From NCBI GenBank assembly GCA_028702315.1, contig JAQVPA010000002.1, positions 6,997 to 30,996 on the forward strand: a stretch of 24,000 nt of DNA, in the 5' to 3' direction. This DNA is from Candidatus Margulisiibacteriota bacterium. GTDB taxonomy: Bacteria > Margulisbacteria > WOR-1 > O2-12-FULL-45-9 > XYB2-FULL-48-7. A program made the translations under genes and the position numbers. The notes beneath the pieces are model-generated. The model was not told the origin of the DNA. It saw only the letters and a list, made by a program, of their open reading frames with translations, and did not search any database. Shown here one piece after another: positions 7,701 through 14,941 of this stretch (the first letter of the stretch is position 1; each line of letters starts with the position of its first letter).

Positions 7701-7837
7701 TTAGTGTAAAAGACCCACATCGGGCAGCCGTAGACGCCGGCGATGCCCGGGAAAAAACTGGCAAAAGTCGGGGCGGAATTGTAATTTTCGATCACAAATT
7801 CCCCAGCCTTGGAAATCGAATATTTTGGCTTAAGCAT
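4715..7837 (-). CDS. Large (1040 aa) GH94-like glycoside phosphorylase/hydrolase superfamily protein, uncharacterised family
   Basis: Uninterrupted 1040-aa ORF. KPDWYDALNGLPG resembles the GH94 catalytic-Asp motif (RADWNDCLN). APGWLENESVWLHMEYKY resembles GH94 PPGYKENGGIFCHNNPW. The family assignment rests on these motifs only. Confidence 0.6.
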   Translation of the reverse strand: MLKPKYSISKAGEFVIENYNSAPTFASFFPGIAGVYGCPMWVFYTNRGQCITSAGVYDKNSAIMEFQPANKAVRSVSLNGFRTFLKVDGRFHEPFSETSPYKKELRITIDSITLIEHVTNLKLRIEVTMFTIPNENFPALARQVKIFNLSGKNRKIELIDGLPIIIPFGFDNDLLKRISQTIEAWCTVENLDKQAPFYKLKILPADSAETKFLEKGNFFLPFCNGHSSVDVIINPVTVFGENTNLVRPDNFIASKNFKVPANQCCQGFTPSAFAYKKLLLKRNADFELCSIFGQVDDLSIFNNSLNRIASRQYLHKKFAENRALINDLCLKIDTESSSHSFNLYARGTYLDNIMRGGVPIIVGGKVVYVYYRKHGDMERDYNDFKLMPTFFSQGTGNYRDINQNRRNDLFFNPEIGADNIIRFINLIQLDSFNPLVVLGSQYFIKSADTARALMEKHLASAPAEILNYLLRPFLLGSLLKKLEEGGASYRLSRQAFVEELLARAEAEESAHHGEGFWADHAFYNTDLLESFASIYPEQVAELFFSQKIFTFFDNDHIVAPRSEKYHLEGKHVRQYHAVKSDHEKKTLISGRHQNKNFVRTAFGKGEVYYTTLIAKLLCVAANKVAALDAEGIGIEMEADKPDWYDALNGLPGLLGSSLSETLELKRLCLYLKDHLAGQAEILLPSELKSLIDSLTGLLDEETDPFAFWEAASDLKENFRKTTKFGVSGEEAAITAAAAAKFLKLVATKCDRGMKKCLEKYGNYYTYFINEVADFEHIDGNKIKVKRFVQIPLPLFLEGFVHALKTEKDRNIYQLVKNSPLYDQELKMYKVNAPLVNTPVEIGRAKVFAPGWLENESVWLHMEYKYMLELLKAGLYHEFFDDFKKVLVPYMDPKVYKRSTLENSSFIVSSANPSKQNHGRGFVARLSGGAAEFIDIWITMMTGKQIFKLDENGKLYFALSPILPAWLFKNGKLGFKLLGSIDVAYINKKEKDTFGKGVAPVEYQLIFDDAEEVTIRDSVVKEPYAKMIRERKVRKMVVTLG

Positions 7838-7877
7838 TGGCTATCTTATACCATTTTTCTGAGGGATAGTCAAAAAC

Positions 7878-9707
7878 CTATTCGACCGTGACGCTTTTGG
7901 CGAGGTTACGGGGTTGGTCAACGTGGCAGCCGCGCTTGACCGCGATATAATAGGCGAGAATTTGCAGCGGGATGACCGCCAGCAAGGGGGAAAGAGCCTC
8001 AGAGGTTTGAGGGATGTAGATGACTTCATCAGCCTGGCTGGCGATCTGCTTGTCCCCTTCGGAAGCGACGACAATGACCCGCCCGCCGCGCGCCTTGACC
8101 TCTTCGATATTGCCCAGTGTTTTTTCGTAGCGCCGGCCGGAAAAGGCGAGGACGACGACCGGCATGTTCTTGTCGATCAAGGCGATTGGCCCGTGCTTCA
8201 TTTCTGCGGCAGGGTAGCCTTCCGCGTGGATATAGCTGACTTCTTTAAGCTTTAACGCCCCTTCGAGAGCGATCGGGAACCCTTTGCCCCGGCCAAGGTA
8301 AAGGGCGTTGGTCGCGGACCGGAAAGTATCAGCCACCGTTTCGATCAAGCTTTCACCCTGCAGGACCCGCTCGACTTTTTGCGGCAGGGAGATCAGGTCG
8401 CTGATCAGGCTGGTCGCCTCTTTTTCGCTGATCGCGCCGCGCCGCTTGCCGAACAGTATCGCCAAAAGGTAAATGATCGTCAGCTGGGTGGTGAACGCCT
8501 TGGTTGAGGCGACCCCGATCTCGGGGCCGGCGTTGGTGTAAACGACGCCGTGCGCCTCGCGGGCGATGGTCGAGCCGGTGACGTTGCAGATTGCGATCGT
8601 CTTGGCGTTCCGGGCCTTGGCTTCCCAGACGGCGGCCAGGGTGTCGGCCGTTTCCCCCGACTGGGTAATGGCGATGACCAGCGTATTTTCGTCGATGATC
8701 GGGCTGCGGTAGCGGAATTCGGCCGCGTACTCGACTTCGGTCGGCAGTTTAGCCAATTGTTCGAACAGGTATTCGCCGACCAACCCGGCGTGCCAGGATG
8801 TGCCGCAAGCGGTAAAAACTACCCGGTTGACTTTTCTGATCTCTTCCTCGGTCAAGTTTAATTCGTCAAAGTGGATCTTGTGGCTGTCGGCCTCGACCCG
8901 TCCTTCGATCGTCTTGCGGATCGCGCTCGGCTGTTCGTGGATCTCCTTGAGCATGAAATGCGAATAGCCCCCTTTTTCCGCCGATTCCGGGTCCCAGGAA
9001 ATAAGCGAGGGGGTTTTGGCGAGTGATTTACCGTGCTGGTCGTAGATCCGCGTTTCAGTAGCGGTGATCTCGGCCATTTCTCCGTTTTCCAGTTGTGTTA
9101 TCCGGCTGGTGTACTTCAGCATGGCTGGGATATCGGACGAGAGGAAGCTTTCCTCTTCCCCATGGCCGATGATCAGCGGACTGCCCGAACGGGCGGCCAC
9201 GATCTTTTGTGGATCATTTTCGGAAATTACAGCGAGGGCGTATGATCCCCTGACGAGCAACAGCGCTTCCCGGACCGCCAGCAGCAAGTTGCCGGCATAT
9301 TTTTCCTCGATCAAATGGGCGAGAACTTCGGTGTCGGTCGAAGAGCGGAAATCATGGCCGCGGTCAGCCAATTCGCGCCGGAGTTCGAGATAATTCTCGA
9401 TGATCCCGTTATGGACGACAACCAGCTCCGATTTGCAATCTTCATGGGGATGGGAATTAACGTGGGAGGGCTGGCCGTGGGTCGCCCAGCGGGTGTGGCC
9501 GATCCCGACCTCGCCGCCGATCGGTTTTTTCTGCAGGGTCGTTTCAAGCTCGGAGATCTTGCCGACGCATTTAGTGACGAATAATTTCCCTTTATGGAGG
9601 GTGGCGATGCCGGCTGAATCATAACCGCGGTACTCGAGTTTCTTCAATCCCTCAAGCAGGAAAGGGAGGGCTTCTTTATCGCCGATATATCCGAATATTC
9701 CACACAT
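7878..9707 (-). CDS. glmS: Glutamine--fructose-6-phosphate aminotransferase (isomerising)
   Basis: MCGIFGYIG N-terminal nucleophile, two SIS domains, C-terminal ...AKSVTVE. GAGGA lies 6 nt upstream of the ATG. Confidence 0.97.
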   Translation of the reverse strand: MCGIFGYIGDKEALPFLLEGLKKLEYRGYDSAGIATLHKGKLFVTKCVGKISELETTLQKKPIGGEVGIGHTRWATHGQPSHVNSHPHEDCKSELVVVHNGIIENYLELRRELADRGHDFRSSTDTEVLAHLIEEKYAGNLLLAVREALLLVRGSYALAVISENDPQKIVAARSGSPLIIGHGEEESFLSSDIPAMLKYTSRITQLENGEMAEITATETRIYDQHGKSLAKTPSLISWDPESAEKGGYSHFMLKEIHEQPSAIRKTIEGRVEADSHKIHFDELNLTEEEIRKVNRVVFTACGTSWHAGLVGEYLFEQLAKLPTEVEYAAEFRYRSPIIDENTLVIAITQSGETADTLAAVWEAKARNAKTIAICNVTGSTIAREAHGVVYTNAGPEIGVASTKAFTTQLTIIYLLAILFGKRRGAISEKEATSLISDLISLPQKVERVLQGESLIETVADTFRSATNALYLGRGKGFPIALEGALKLKEVSYIHAEGYPAAEMKHGPIALIDKNMPVVVLAFSGRRYEKTLGNIEEVKARGGRVIVVASEGDKQIASQADEVIYIPQTSEALSPLLAVIPLQILAYYIAVKRGCHVDQPRNLAKSVTVE

Positions 9708-9743
9708 AACTTATCCTCGTGCTAAATTACCGGCGATTTCAGT

Positions 9744-11087
9744 TTATTTTTGGTTAAGGACGGCCTCAACTTCCTGTTTCGCCAGTTTTAACTGTTCTCT
9801 GATCTTTTCCGGGTTATAGTCGCTGCCCGATAAGACATAATCCCACATAATGCCGAACCGCCGGGTCAAGATCGGTTCGAGCAAGCCCCACGCGGGGATA
9901 GAGGGATAGGTGCGGCCGTAGAAAACGGCGTCCTTGAAAATTTTGCGGTGCTGGTCGGCGGCAAAGAACGGATCGCTAAAGGCGTCTTTTCTGGCTGGCA
10001 GGAAACCGGTCGCTTTGGCATAATCAACTTGCGGTTTTTTTGAGGTCAAATATTTGATGACCTCGAACGCTCCGGCTTTGTTCTTTCCCTGCTTGAAGAT
10101 CGCGAGCTGGGAACCACCGACAAAAGTGACCTTCCCCTTGGGGCCCTTCGGGTAGCTGGCGACCGCAAAGTTCTTGGCGGTCGGCGAGCCGCCGGCCCCC
10201 CCCTCCGATTCCGGCCGGGTCAGGGTTCTGATCTCATAAGGACCGTCAAAGTACATGGCGCAGGCGCCGCTGTTAAAGTTGGCGCTGACCTGGGCGGTGT
10301 TGAGTTCAAGATATTCCGTTGGGACAAAACCATCTTTGACCAGGCCGAGATAGTAGGTGACTCCCGCGAAAGCCGCCTCGCTGTCGAGAACGCATTTTTT
10401 CCGGTCGGGTGAAAGGAAATCGCCGCCAGCCATCCAGATCCAGGGCGCGAGCGAGTGGATAACATTCCAATCATTCTTGCCGGAAATGCCGAGCGGGGCC
10501 ATCGGCTGGCCGTCCATGACGATATCGGCGTCATAAAGCTTCTTTAGTGAGGACTTGAAAGAGTCCCAATCAGCCAGGTTGCCGGCATTGATTCCAGCCT
10601 TGGCAAAGGCATCGGTCCGAAAAAATACCGCTCGGGCATCAACGAACCAGGGGATGGCGGTGATCTTACCGGAACCTTCAATTTGCGAGGTTTGCCAGGC
10701 GACCGGGACAAAAGTTTGGGCGCCACCCAGTTTGGCGATCGATTCCCGGGAGATCTCTTCCAGTGCTCCCATGGCAGTTATAGCGGAAACCCAAGTTGAA
10801 CCGAGCTGGACCAGGTCAGGGACATCGCCGGAGGTAGCGGCAGTAGTGATCTTTGACCAGCCAGCCCCCCAATCAACAGAAGTGATCTTGACCTTGATCC
10901 CGGTCTTTTCTTCGAAAGGCTTTAGCAAATCTTCGATGTCGGTGACCGGGTTAAGGGAGTTGGGCATGACCCACATTTCCACGACCTTTTCTACTGGGCC
11001 AGATTTCTTGCTCGGGGCGCAACCGCTAATGGAAACAACAAACAACAAACAACAAATAACAAATAAGATAAAGGCTTTAATTTTCAC
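9744..11087 (-). CDS. Sugar ABC-transporter substrate-binding lipoprotein (family 1 extracellular solute-binding protein)
   Basis: MalE-like SBP sequence. I place the start at GTG 11087 (AAAGGGGA 7 nt upstream), giving VKIKAFILFVICCLLFVVSISGC with an ISGC lipobox. The track's start at 11153 is a TTG with no SD, 2 nt from the proB stop. Confidence 0.85.
   Translation of the reverse strand: MKIKAFILFVICCLLFVVSISGCAPSKKSGPVEKVVEMWVMPNSLNPVTDIEDLLKPFEEKTGIKVKITSVDWGAGWSKITTAATSGDVPDLVQLGSTWVSAITAMGALEEISRESIAKLGGAQTFVPVAWQTSQIEGSGKITAIPWFVDARAVFFRTDAFAKAGINAGNLADWDSFKSSLKKLYDADIVMDGQPMAPLGISGKNDWNVIHSLAPWIWMAGGDFLSPDRKKCVLDSEAAFAGVTYYLGLVKDGFVPTEYLELNTAQVSANFNSGACAMYFDGPYEIRTLTRPESEGGAGGSPTAKNFAVASYPKGPKGKVTFVGGSQLAIFKQGKNKAGAFEVIKYLTSKKPQVDYAKATGFLPARKDAFSDPFFAADQHRKIFKDAVFYGRTYPSIPAWGLLEPILTRRFGIMWDYVLSGSDYNPEKIREQLKLAKQEVEAVLNQK
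11034..11068 (+). repeat. AACAACA heptamer array C (inside the signal-peptide coding region of the SBP gene)
   Basis: aacaaca aacaaca aacaaca aataaca aataaga. It encodes ILFVICCLLFVV on the minus strand. Confidence 0.85.
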
Positions 11088-11155
11088 AAAACGATCCCCT
11101 TTCTGGTTTTTTTGAGCTGGTTGAATATTAGCATTAAAACCCCGGTTTTTCAAGG

Positions 11156-12226
11156 TTAGAGGACGACCAGATTATCGCGGTGAATGACCTCGCCAACCTC
11201 TTTTTTCCCGATCAGTTCGGCCAGTTCATGGCTGCTGACATTGATCAACCCCCGGGCGATTTCTTTATCATTTTCATCGACGATACCGACCAGCGCGCCG
11301 GATTTAAACTTCCCCGTGACCGACTTGATCCCGACCGGCAGCAAGCTCTTGCCGTGCTTGATCAGGGCAGTTTCCGCTCCCGGGTCGATCATGATTGTCC
11401 CTTCTTTTTTCAGGCCGTGGGCCAGCCAGCGTTTTCGGCCTTCGAGTTTAGTTGTTTTAGGAAGGAAGAGGGTGCCATGTTTTTCGCCCGAGGCCACCGC
11501 CTTGATGAGTCCGGCCTGGCGCCCGCTGATGATGAACAGATCGATGCCGGCATCGGAGCAGATCTCCGCGGCCTGGAGCTTGGTGATCATCCCGCCGGTG
11601 CCGAGCTGGGTTGACGGGTGCCCGGCGGCATCCCTGACTTCATTGGTGATCTCGCCGATCTCCGACGCTAAATAGGGGACGCCTTCCTCATTTTTCAGGT
11701 AAAAACCATCGACATCAGTGAGCAGAATCAGTAAATCGGCGCCGATCAGACTGGCGGTCAGGGCGGCTAAAGTATCATTGTCGCCGATCTTAATCTCATC
11801 GATGGCGACGGCGTCATTTTCATTTATAATTGGGACAACTCCTTCACCAAGGAGGGTGGAGAGACAATTTTTGGCGTTAAGGTATCGTTCCCGGTCGGCG
11901 ATCGCATCGCGGGTTAGCAAGACCTGAGCGACAGTTATTCCCGATTTTTCAAAAGCTTTTTCATACTGTCTCATCAGGAGCGATTGGCCAACAGCGGCGG
12001 CCGCCTGCTTTTCCGGGATGCTCTTTGGTTTGCCGAGCCCCAGCTTTTCCGCGCCGGAAACGATCGAGCCGGAGGTTACAATCAGGACGCGTTTTTTTTG
12101 TTTGACAAGTTCTGACGCTTCGGCGGCGATCCTTTCGAGGTTAGTTATGTCTAGCTTGCCCTGAGGGGTGGTTAAAGTGCTGGAGCCGATCTTGATGACG
12201 ATTATTTCGTATGTTTTTTTAGCCAT
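11156..12226 (-). CDS. proB: Glutamate 5-kinase with C-terminal PUA domain
   Basis: IVIKIGSSTLTT..G, INENDAV, and the PUA-like C-terminus are typical of ProB. Confidence 0.95.
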   Translation of the reverse strand: MAKKTYEIIVIKIGSSTLTTPQGKLDITNLERIAAEASELVKQKKRVLIVTSGSIVSGAEKLGLGKPKSIPEKQAAAAVGQSLLMRQYEKAFEKSGITVAQVLLTRDAIADRERYLNAKNCLSTLLGEGVVPIINENDAVAIDEIKIGDNDTLAALTASLIGADLLILLTDVDGFYLKNEEGVPYLASEIGEITNEVRDAAGHPSTQLGTGGMITKLQAAEICSDAGIDLFIISGRQAGLIKAVASGEKHGTLFLPKTTKLEGRKRWLAHGLKKEGTIMIDPGAETALIKHGKSLLPVGIKSVTGKFKSGALVGIVDENDKEIARGLINVSSHELAELIGKKEVGEVIHRDNLVVL

Positions 12227-12242
12227 TAGATGGCCTTAGCCG

Positions 12243-12485
12243 CTAGGAGAGCTTAACGCTGATCTTGCGCCCGGCTTCAAACATGACAGTCCCGTTGGCC
12301 TTGGCGAAGATCGTATAGTCAGAACCCATTCCCGCGTTTTCTCCGGGGTAGAATCTGGAGCCGTGCTGGCGGATAATAATGCTGCCGGCGGTCACTTTTT
12401 GTCCCCCGAAAGCTTTTACTCCCAACCGTTGTCCTTTTGAATCCCGGCCGTTGCGTGATGATGAGCCTGCTTTTTTATGTGCCAT
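12243..12485 (-). CDS. rpmA: 50S ribosomal protein L27
   Basis: [24 protein letters not shown]... is canonical L27. The start overlaps the rplU 3' end by 11 nt. Confidence 0.97.
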   Translation of the reverse strand: MAHKKAGSSSRNGRDSKGQRLGVKAFGGQKVTAGSIIIRQHGSRFYPGENAGMGSDYTIFAKANGTVMFEAGRKISVKLS

Positions 12486-12786
12486 GTGTTATCTCCCCGA
12501 TCTGCACCCGGGTATACCTCTGCCGATGCCCGATAGTGCGATGATAGTTAACCTTGTGCCGATATTTAAAAGTGGTAACTTTGTCATCCTGGATCTGGCC
12601 GATGACCTTGGCCGCAACCTTGGCCCCTTTGATGAGCGGGGTGCCAACGGTTAAATTGTCCCCATCAGCGATCAGAAGAACCTCGTTAAAGGTGACGCTT
12701 TTTTGGTTATCGAGCAGTTCAACGTCAAGGATATCTCCCTGGTTGACCTTTTGCTGTTTCCCGCCTGTTTGGATTATTGCGTACAT
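12475..12786 (-). CDS. rplU: 50S ribosomal protein L21
   Basis: [14 protein letters not shown] is the canonical L21 N-terminus. AAGGGGAG lies upstream of ATG 12786. The track's extension to 12855 reads through the repeat hairpin and is not credible. Confidence 0.95.
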   Translation of the reverse strand: MYAIIQTGGKQQKVNQGDILDVELLDNQKSVTFNEVLLIADGDNLTVGTPLIKGAKVAAKVIGQIQDDKVTTFKYRHKVNYHRTIGHRQRYTRVQIGEITHGT

Positions 12787-12804
12787 AAAGCTCCCCTTAG
12801 GATT

Positions 12805-12874
12805 AGAATAGAGTAACGCGAGACGCGTAATGCGTACAATGAACGCGTTACGCATTACTCCATTCGCGTTACTG
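12805..12874. repeat. GTAACGC heptamer arrays A3, two arms in inverted orientation (intergenic, DUF2344/rplU)
   Basis: agaataga gtaacgc gagacgc gtaatgc gtacaat gaac gcgttac gcattac tccattc gcgttac. AGTAACGCGA pairs with TCGCGTTACT and GTAATGCG pairs with CGCATTAC, with symmetric 5-nt internal loops. Confidence 0.9.
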
Positions 12875-12879
12875 GAAGA

Positions 12880-13179
12880 TTATACCACAAAGGCGTCGAT
12901 GATTTCAAGCCCCTTGGGGAGGTGGCGGTTCAGGCGGTCAATAAGCTCAAGTGGTTTAAGCCAGCCGTCGATCTGGAGCTCGGCAAATTCATTATCGGAG
13001 GTCGCCCCAACTTTTATCGCGTTCCCCCAGGAAATTTTCATGTGCGGGTTGAAACCTTGCGAATAGGCAACCGGGAGGTCGGCCCGCCGGATCGCGCGCT
13101 GGAATGCGCGCATCAGGTCGCGATGCGAGATGAATTTTACTTCAGCTCCCTTTTTATATTGAACTTTTATTCGCTGCAT
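12880..13179 (-). CDS. Radical SAM-linked protein, DUF2344/TIGR03936 family, short (99 aa) form
   Basis: KFISHRDLMRAFQRAIRRADLPVAYSQGFNPHMKISWG is the DUF2344 signature. TAAGGAG lies 9 nt upstream. The start overlaps the radical SAM gene by 26 nt. Confidence 0.75.
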   Translation of the reverse strand: MQRIKVQYKKGAEVKFISHRDLMRAFQRAIRRADLPVAYSQGFNPHMKISWGNAIKVGATSDNEFAELQIDGWLKPLELIDRLNRHLPKGLEIIDAFVV

Positions 13180-14842
13180 TTAGCAGTAACTCCTTAGGAA
13201 CTCCAGCGTCAATAAAGTCCCATGGCAGAGGCTCGTCTTTTTGGCGTTCTTTTAGGTAATTATTGGGATCGATGGCGCACTCAGCAAAGGCTTTTTGCCA
13301 GAGATCGAACTTAAAATGCTCCGACCAGGCGTCGAACCGGGCACCCAATTCCCAGGCTTTTTCAACGACTTTTGACAACTGCTTATCACCCCGGGAAAAG
13401 ACCCCTTCCAAAAAGCTGGCTTCGGCCTGATGCCAGCGAAGTTCGATCGCTTTGACCCGGAGGTTTTGCTTGATGAATTTCTGCTTTTCGAGTGTTTCCG
13501 CGATGGTGATCTGTCGCTCCCACTGAAATGGAGTATGCGGTTTGGGGATAAAAGTTGAAAGGTTGACGGTGATTCTTGCTCTTCGGGAAAAACTCCTACC
13601 CAGGTTGAATATTTTGGTGGCCAATTCACAAATGCCGAGGAGGTCCGCTTCGGTCTCGGTCGGCAAGCCGATCATAAAGTAAAGCTTAACCGCTTCGATG
13701 TGCTCTTCAAATGCGGCTTTGATTCCTTCCATAATATTCTCTTCGGTCATATTTTTCCCGATAACATCGCGCAGGCGCTGAGTGCCGGCTTCGGGGGCCA
13801 GGGTAACGCTGCCGGAGCGGACGCGGGCGATCTCTTTGGCCAGTTTGATCGAAAAGGAATTGGTTCTCATTGAGGGGAGGGAGATGTTGATCTTTTTCTT
13901 TTCGTACTTCTGGGCCAGTGTTTTAGCTAGGGTGTCGATCGAGCTATAATCCGAACTGGAAAGGGAGATGAGCGAGAGTTCTTCATAACCGGTATTCTTT
14001 AATAATTCATCGGCCTGCTGGAGCAATACTTCCGGGCTTTTTTCCCTGACCGGCCGGTTGGTCCAGCCTGCTTGGCAGAATTTGCACCCCCATTTGCAAC
14101 CGCGCATGATCTCGACCGCCGCCCGATCGTGAATAGCTTCGATGAAGGGGACGATGGGGGAAAGGGGATAGGGACTGGGGTCTAGGGACTTTACAAAGCG
14201 CTTTTTGACCGTTTTGCTGATACCGGGGACGTAAACGCCTTCAATTCCGGATAATTTCTCCAAGCGCGCGTTACGCGTTACGCATCCCGCGTTACGAAGG
14301 GTGTTTATTATTTCTATCAAAACCTCTTCTGCTTCCCCGATCACGAAAAGATCGAAAAAATCGGCCACCGGTTCGGGGTTGAATGCGCATGGGCCTCCGC
14401 CGAGAATGAGCGGGTCATTTTCACCTCGCTCCGCACTTCGAACCGGAATGCCTCCGAGCTTCAGCATGGTGATTATATTCGTGTAGGTTAATTCATGGCC
14501 CAGACTAAAACCGACCACGTCGAATTCGTGAATTGGTTTCTGTGATTCGAGACTTTGAAGTTTGAGGTTTGAAGTTTGAAGTTGTTGCTCCATGTCAGGC
14601 CAAGGAGTGAAGACCCTCTCCGCCAGGCAATCCGGCACCTCGACTCCGCTCGGTGCAGGCTGGTTGTTTACTATATAGTAAAGGATCTGTAGTCCAAGGT
14701 TAGACATGCCGATCTCATACGTGTCGGGGTAGGCAAGCGCAAACCTGATCGAGGTTTTATTCCAGTCTTTATGGACTGCGTTCAACTCGTTGCCGACGTA
14801 TCTTGAGGGCTTCTGGACCTGTAATAATAGCTCGTCTTTCAC
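13154..14842 (-). CDS. B12-binding-domain radical SAM protein, TIGR03960 family
   Basis: KPSRYVGNELN N-terminus. CKWGCKFCQAG is the CxxxCxxC cluster. It shows the usual pairing with a downstream DUF2344 gene. The start codon is GTG. Confidence 0.9.
   Translation of the reverse strand: MKDELLLQVQKPSRYVGNELNAVHKDWNKTSIRFALAYPDTYEIGMSNLGLQILYYIVNNQPAPSGVEVPDCLAERVFTPWPDMEQQLQTSNLKLQSLESQKPIHEFDVVGFSLGHELTYTNIITMLKLGGIPVRSAERGENDPLILGGGPCAFNPEPVADFFDLFVIGEAEEVLIEIINTLRNAGCVTRNARLEKLSGIEGVYVPGISKTVKKRFVKSLDPSPYPLSPIVPFIEAIHDRAAVEIMRGCKWGCKFCQAGWTNRPVREKSPEVLLQQADELLKNTGYEELSLISLSSSDYSSIDTLAKTLAQKYEKKKINISLPSMRTNSFSIKLAKEIARVRSGSVTLAPEAGTQRLRDVIGKNMTEENIMEGIKAAFEEHIEAVKLYFMIGLPTETEADLLGICELATKIFNLGRSFSRRARITVNLSTFIPKPHTPFQWERQITIAETLEKQKFIKQNLRVKAIELRWHQAEASFLEGVFSRGDKQLSKVVEKAWELGARFDAWSEHFKFDLWQKAFAECAIDPNNYLKERQKDEPLPWDFIDAGVPKELLLNAANKSSI
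14268..14295 (-). repeat. GTAACGC heptamer array A4 (inside the radical SAM CDS, opposite orientation on + strand)
   Basis: + strand reads gcgttac gcgttac gcatccc gcgttac. It is read in frame as ...LRNAGCVTRNARL... Confidence 0.9.
14553..14587 (+). repeat. NTTTGAA heptamer array B3 (inside the radical SAM CDS)
   Basis: ctttgaa gtttgag gtttgaa gtttgaa gttgttg. It encodes ...QQLQTSNLKLQSL... Confidence 0.8.
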
Positions 14843-14848
14843 AATTGC

Positions 14849-14857
14849 ATTATAACA
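14849..14857 (-). promoter_or_regulatory. Extended -10 (TGTTATAAT) 6 nt upstream of the radical SAM GTG start; leaderless candidate
   Basis: The minus strand reads caTGtTATAATgcaattGTGAAAGAC. There is no SD. Confidence 0.45.
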
Positions 14858-14941
14858 TGACTGTTGATGTGCTGGCCCAGATCACGAGCCTTTTAAAAAT
14901 AACCTGAAATTTTTTCTTGATGATGAAGATAGTATACTGAT

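Noticed and set aside
6062-7891. Long + strand ORFs (6062..6682, 7256..7891 and others) opposite the 1040-aa gene
   Set aside because: They are antisense to an uninterrupted, motif-supported 1040-aa ORF. Their composition is Arg/Gly/Asp-rich and they match no family. These are typical shadow ORFs in roughly 50-60% G+C coding DNA.
9708-9743. Possible glmS ribozyme upstream of glmS
   Set aside because: Only 36 nt separate glmS from the preceding stop codon. That is far too short for the ribozyme, and no conserved core is visible.
10031-10060. Inverted repeat GAGGTCA-n9-TGACCTC inside the SBP gene
   Set aside because: It is a short 7-bp stem within a coding sequence, has no flanking signals, and is compatible with chance.
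10555-11115. 186-aa + ORF opposite the SBP gene, and similar ORFs at 20404..20964 (opposite cca), 11180..11675 (opposite proB) and 8550..9624 (opposite glmS)
   Set aside because: All of them overlap confidently identified conserved genes on the other strand and show no independent signals.
11088-11153. TTG-initiated extension of the SBP gene
   Set aside because: The TTG has no SD, and the extra 22 residues would precede an otherwise canonical lipoprotein signal peptide. GTG 11087 has an AAAGGGGA SD.
12787-12855. N-terminal extension of rplU given by the ORF track
   Set aside because: The canonical L21 N-terminus [11 protein letters not shown] starts at 12786 with a good SD. The extension merely reads through the repeat hairpin.
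12805-12874. Heptamer arrays as a CRISPR array or CRISPR remnants
   Set aside because: The units are 7 nt long with no spacers, each array is 70 nt or shorter, and there are no cas genes. The arrays are tandem microsatellite-like elements.
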